DNA of 48,398 nucleotides, counting the filler, from Catajapyx aquilonaris (lineage: Eukaryota): the NCBI GenBank assembly GCA_000934665.2. It is 2 parts of 2 records of this genome, joined end to end, with 100 filler letters (N's around TTAATTAATTAA, not from the genome) between each part and the next. Parts side by side here need not be neighbours in the genome. Positions count along the whole stretch, not along the records: positions 24,250 to 48,398 come from KZ539373.1; 1 more part is not named here. One strand, given 5' to 3'. Shown one piece after another: positions 48,264 to 48,398 of this stretch (its first letter is position 1; every line of letters starts with the position of its first letter). The position numbers and the translations under genes were made by a program. Under the pieces are notes generated by a model. That model ran no database searches. It saw nothing but the letters and a program-made list of their open reading frames with translations, and was not told where the DNA came from.

Positions 48264-48398
48264 TTTATTCGAATGTGGGGCAGCTTCCCGCTTGGAGATG
48301 ACGCTGCCGTCGGTGTATCGTTGCACCGATTTATCCCACAACAATGCGAATTAATTTTGGCCATTACCCATGTGCAAAGGTGGCAGGCTACTCCACTG

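Overview
Eukaryotic, intron-rich genomic DNA from a non-dipteran arthropod (inferred from the HIF-alpha motifs and the SINE/MITE content); no prokaryotic operons, CRISPR, rRNA or genuine tRNA genes are seen. An artificial 100-nt spacer (N44-TTAATTAATTAA-N44, 24150-24249) joins two sequence blocks. Left block, minus strand: nine exons (884 codons before the stop) of a divergent HIF-alpha/sima gene lacking its bHLH exons in this window. It keeps the N-ODD (LTHLAP) and the FIH-regulated C-TAD (DCEVNAP) but appears to have lost the C-ODD proline motif, and one intron holds a CpG-rich promoter-like block ending in an exon-1-like segment. A short F-box/LRR gene and a frameshifted LRR relic lie downstream. 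Right block, minus strand: a tandem pair of three-exon genes that I do not recognise, each encoding a 125-aa secreted Cys/Tyr-rich protein, and a complete 11-coding-exon GH1 beta-glycosidase with DNFEW changed to DNFQL. The rest is tRNA-derived SINEs, an RTE LINE 3' end, DNA-transposon MITEs and relics, several hairpins and a 72-bp palindrome-containing tandem array. All gene models were spliced by hand and need transcript confirmation.
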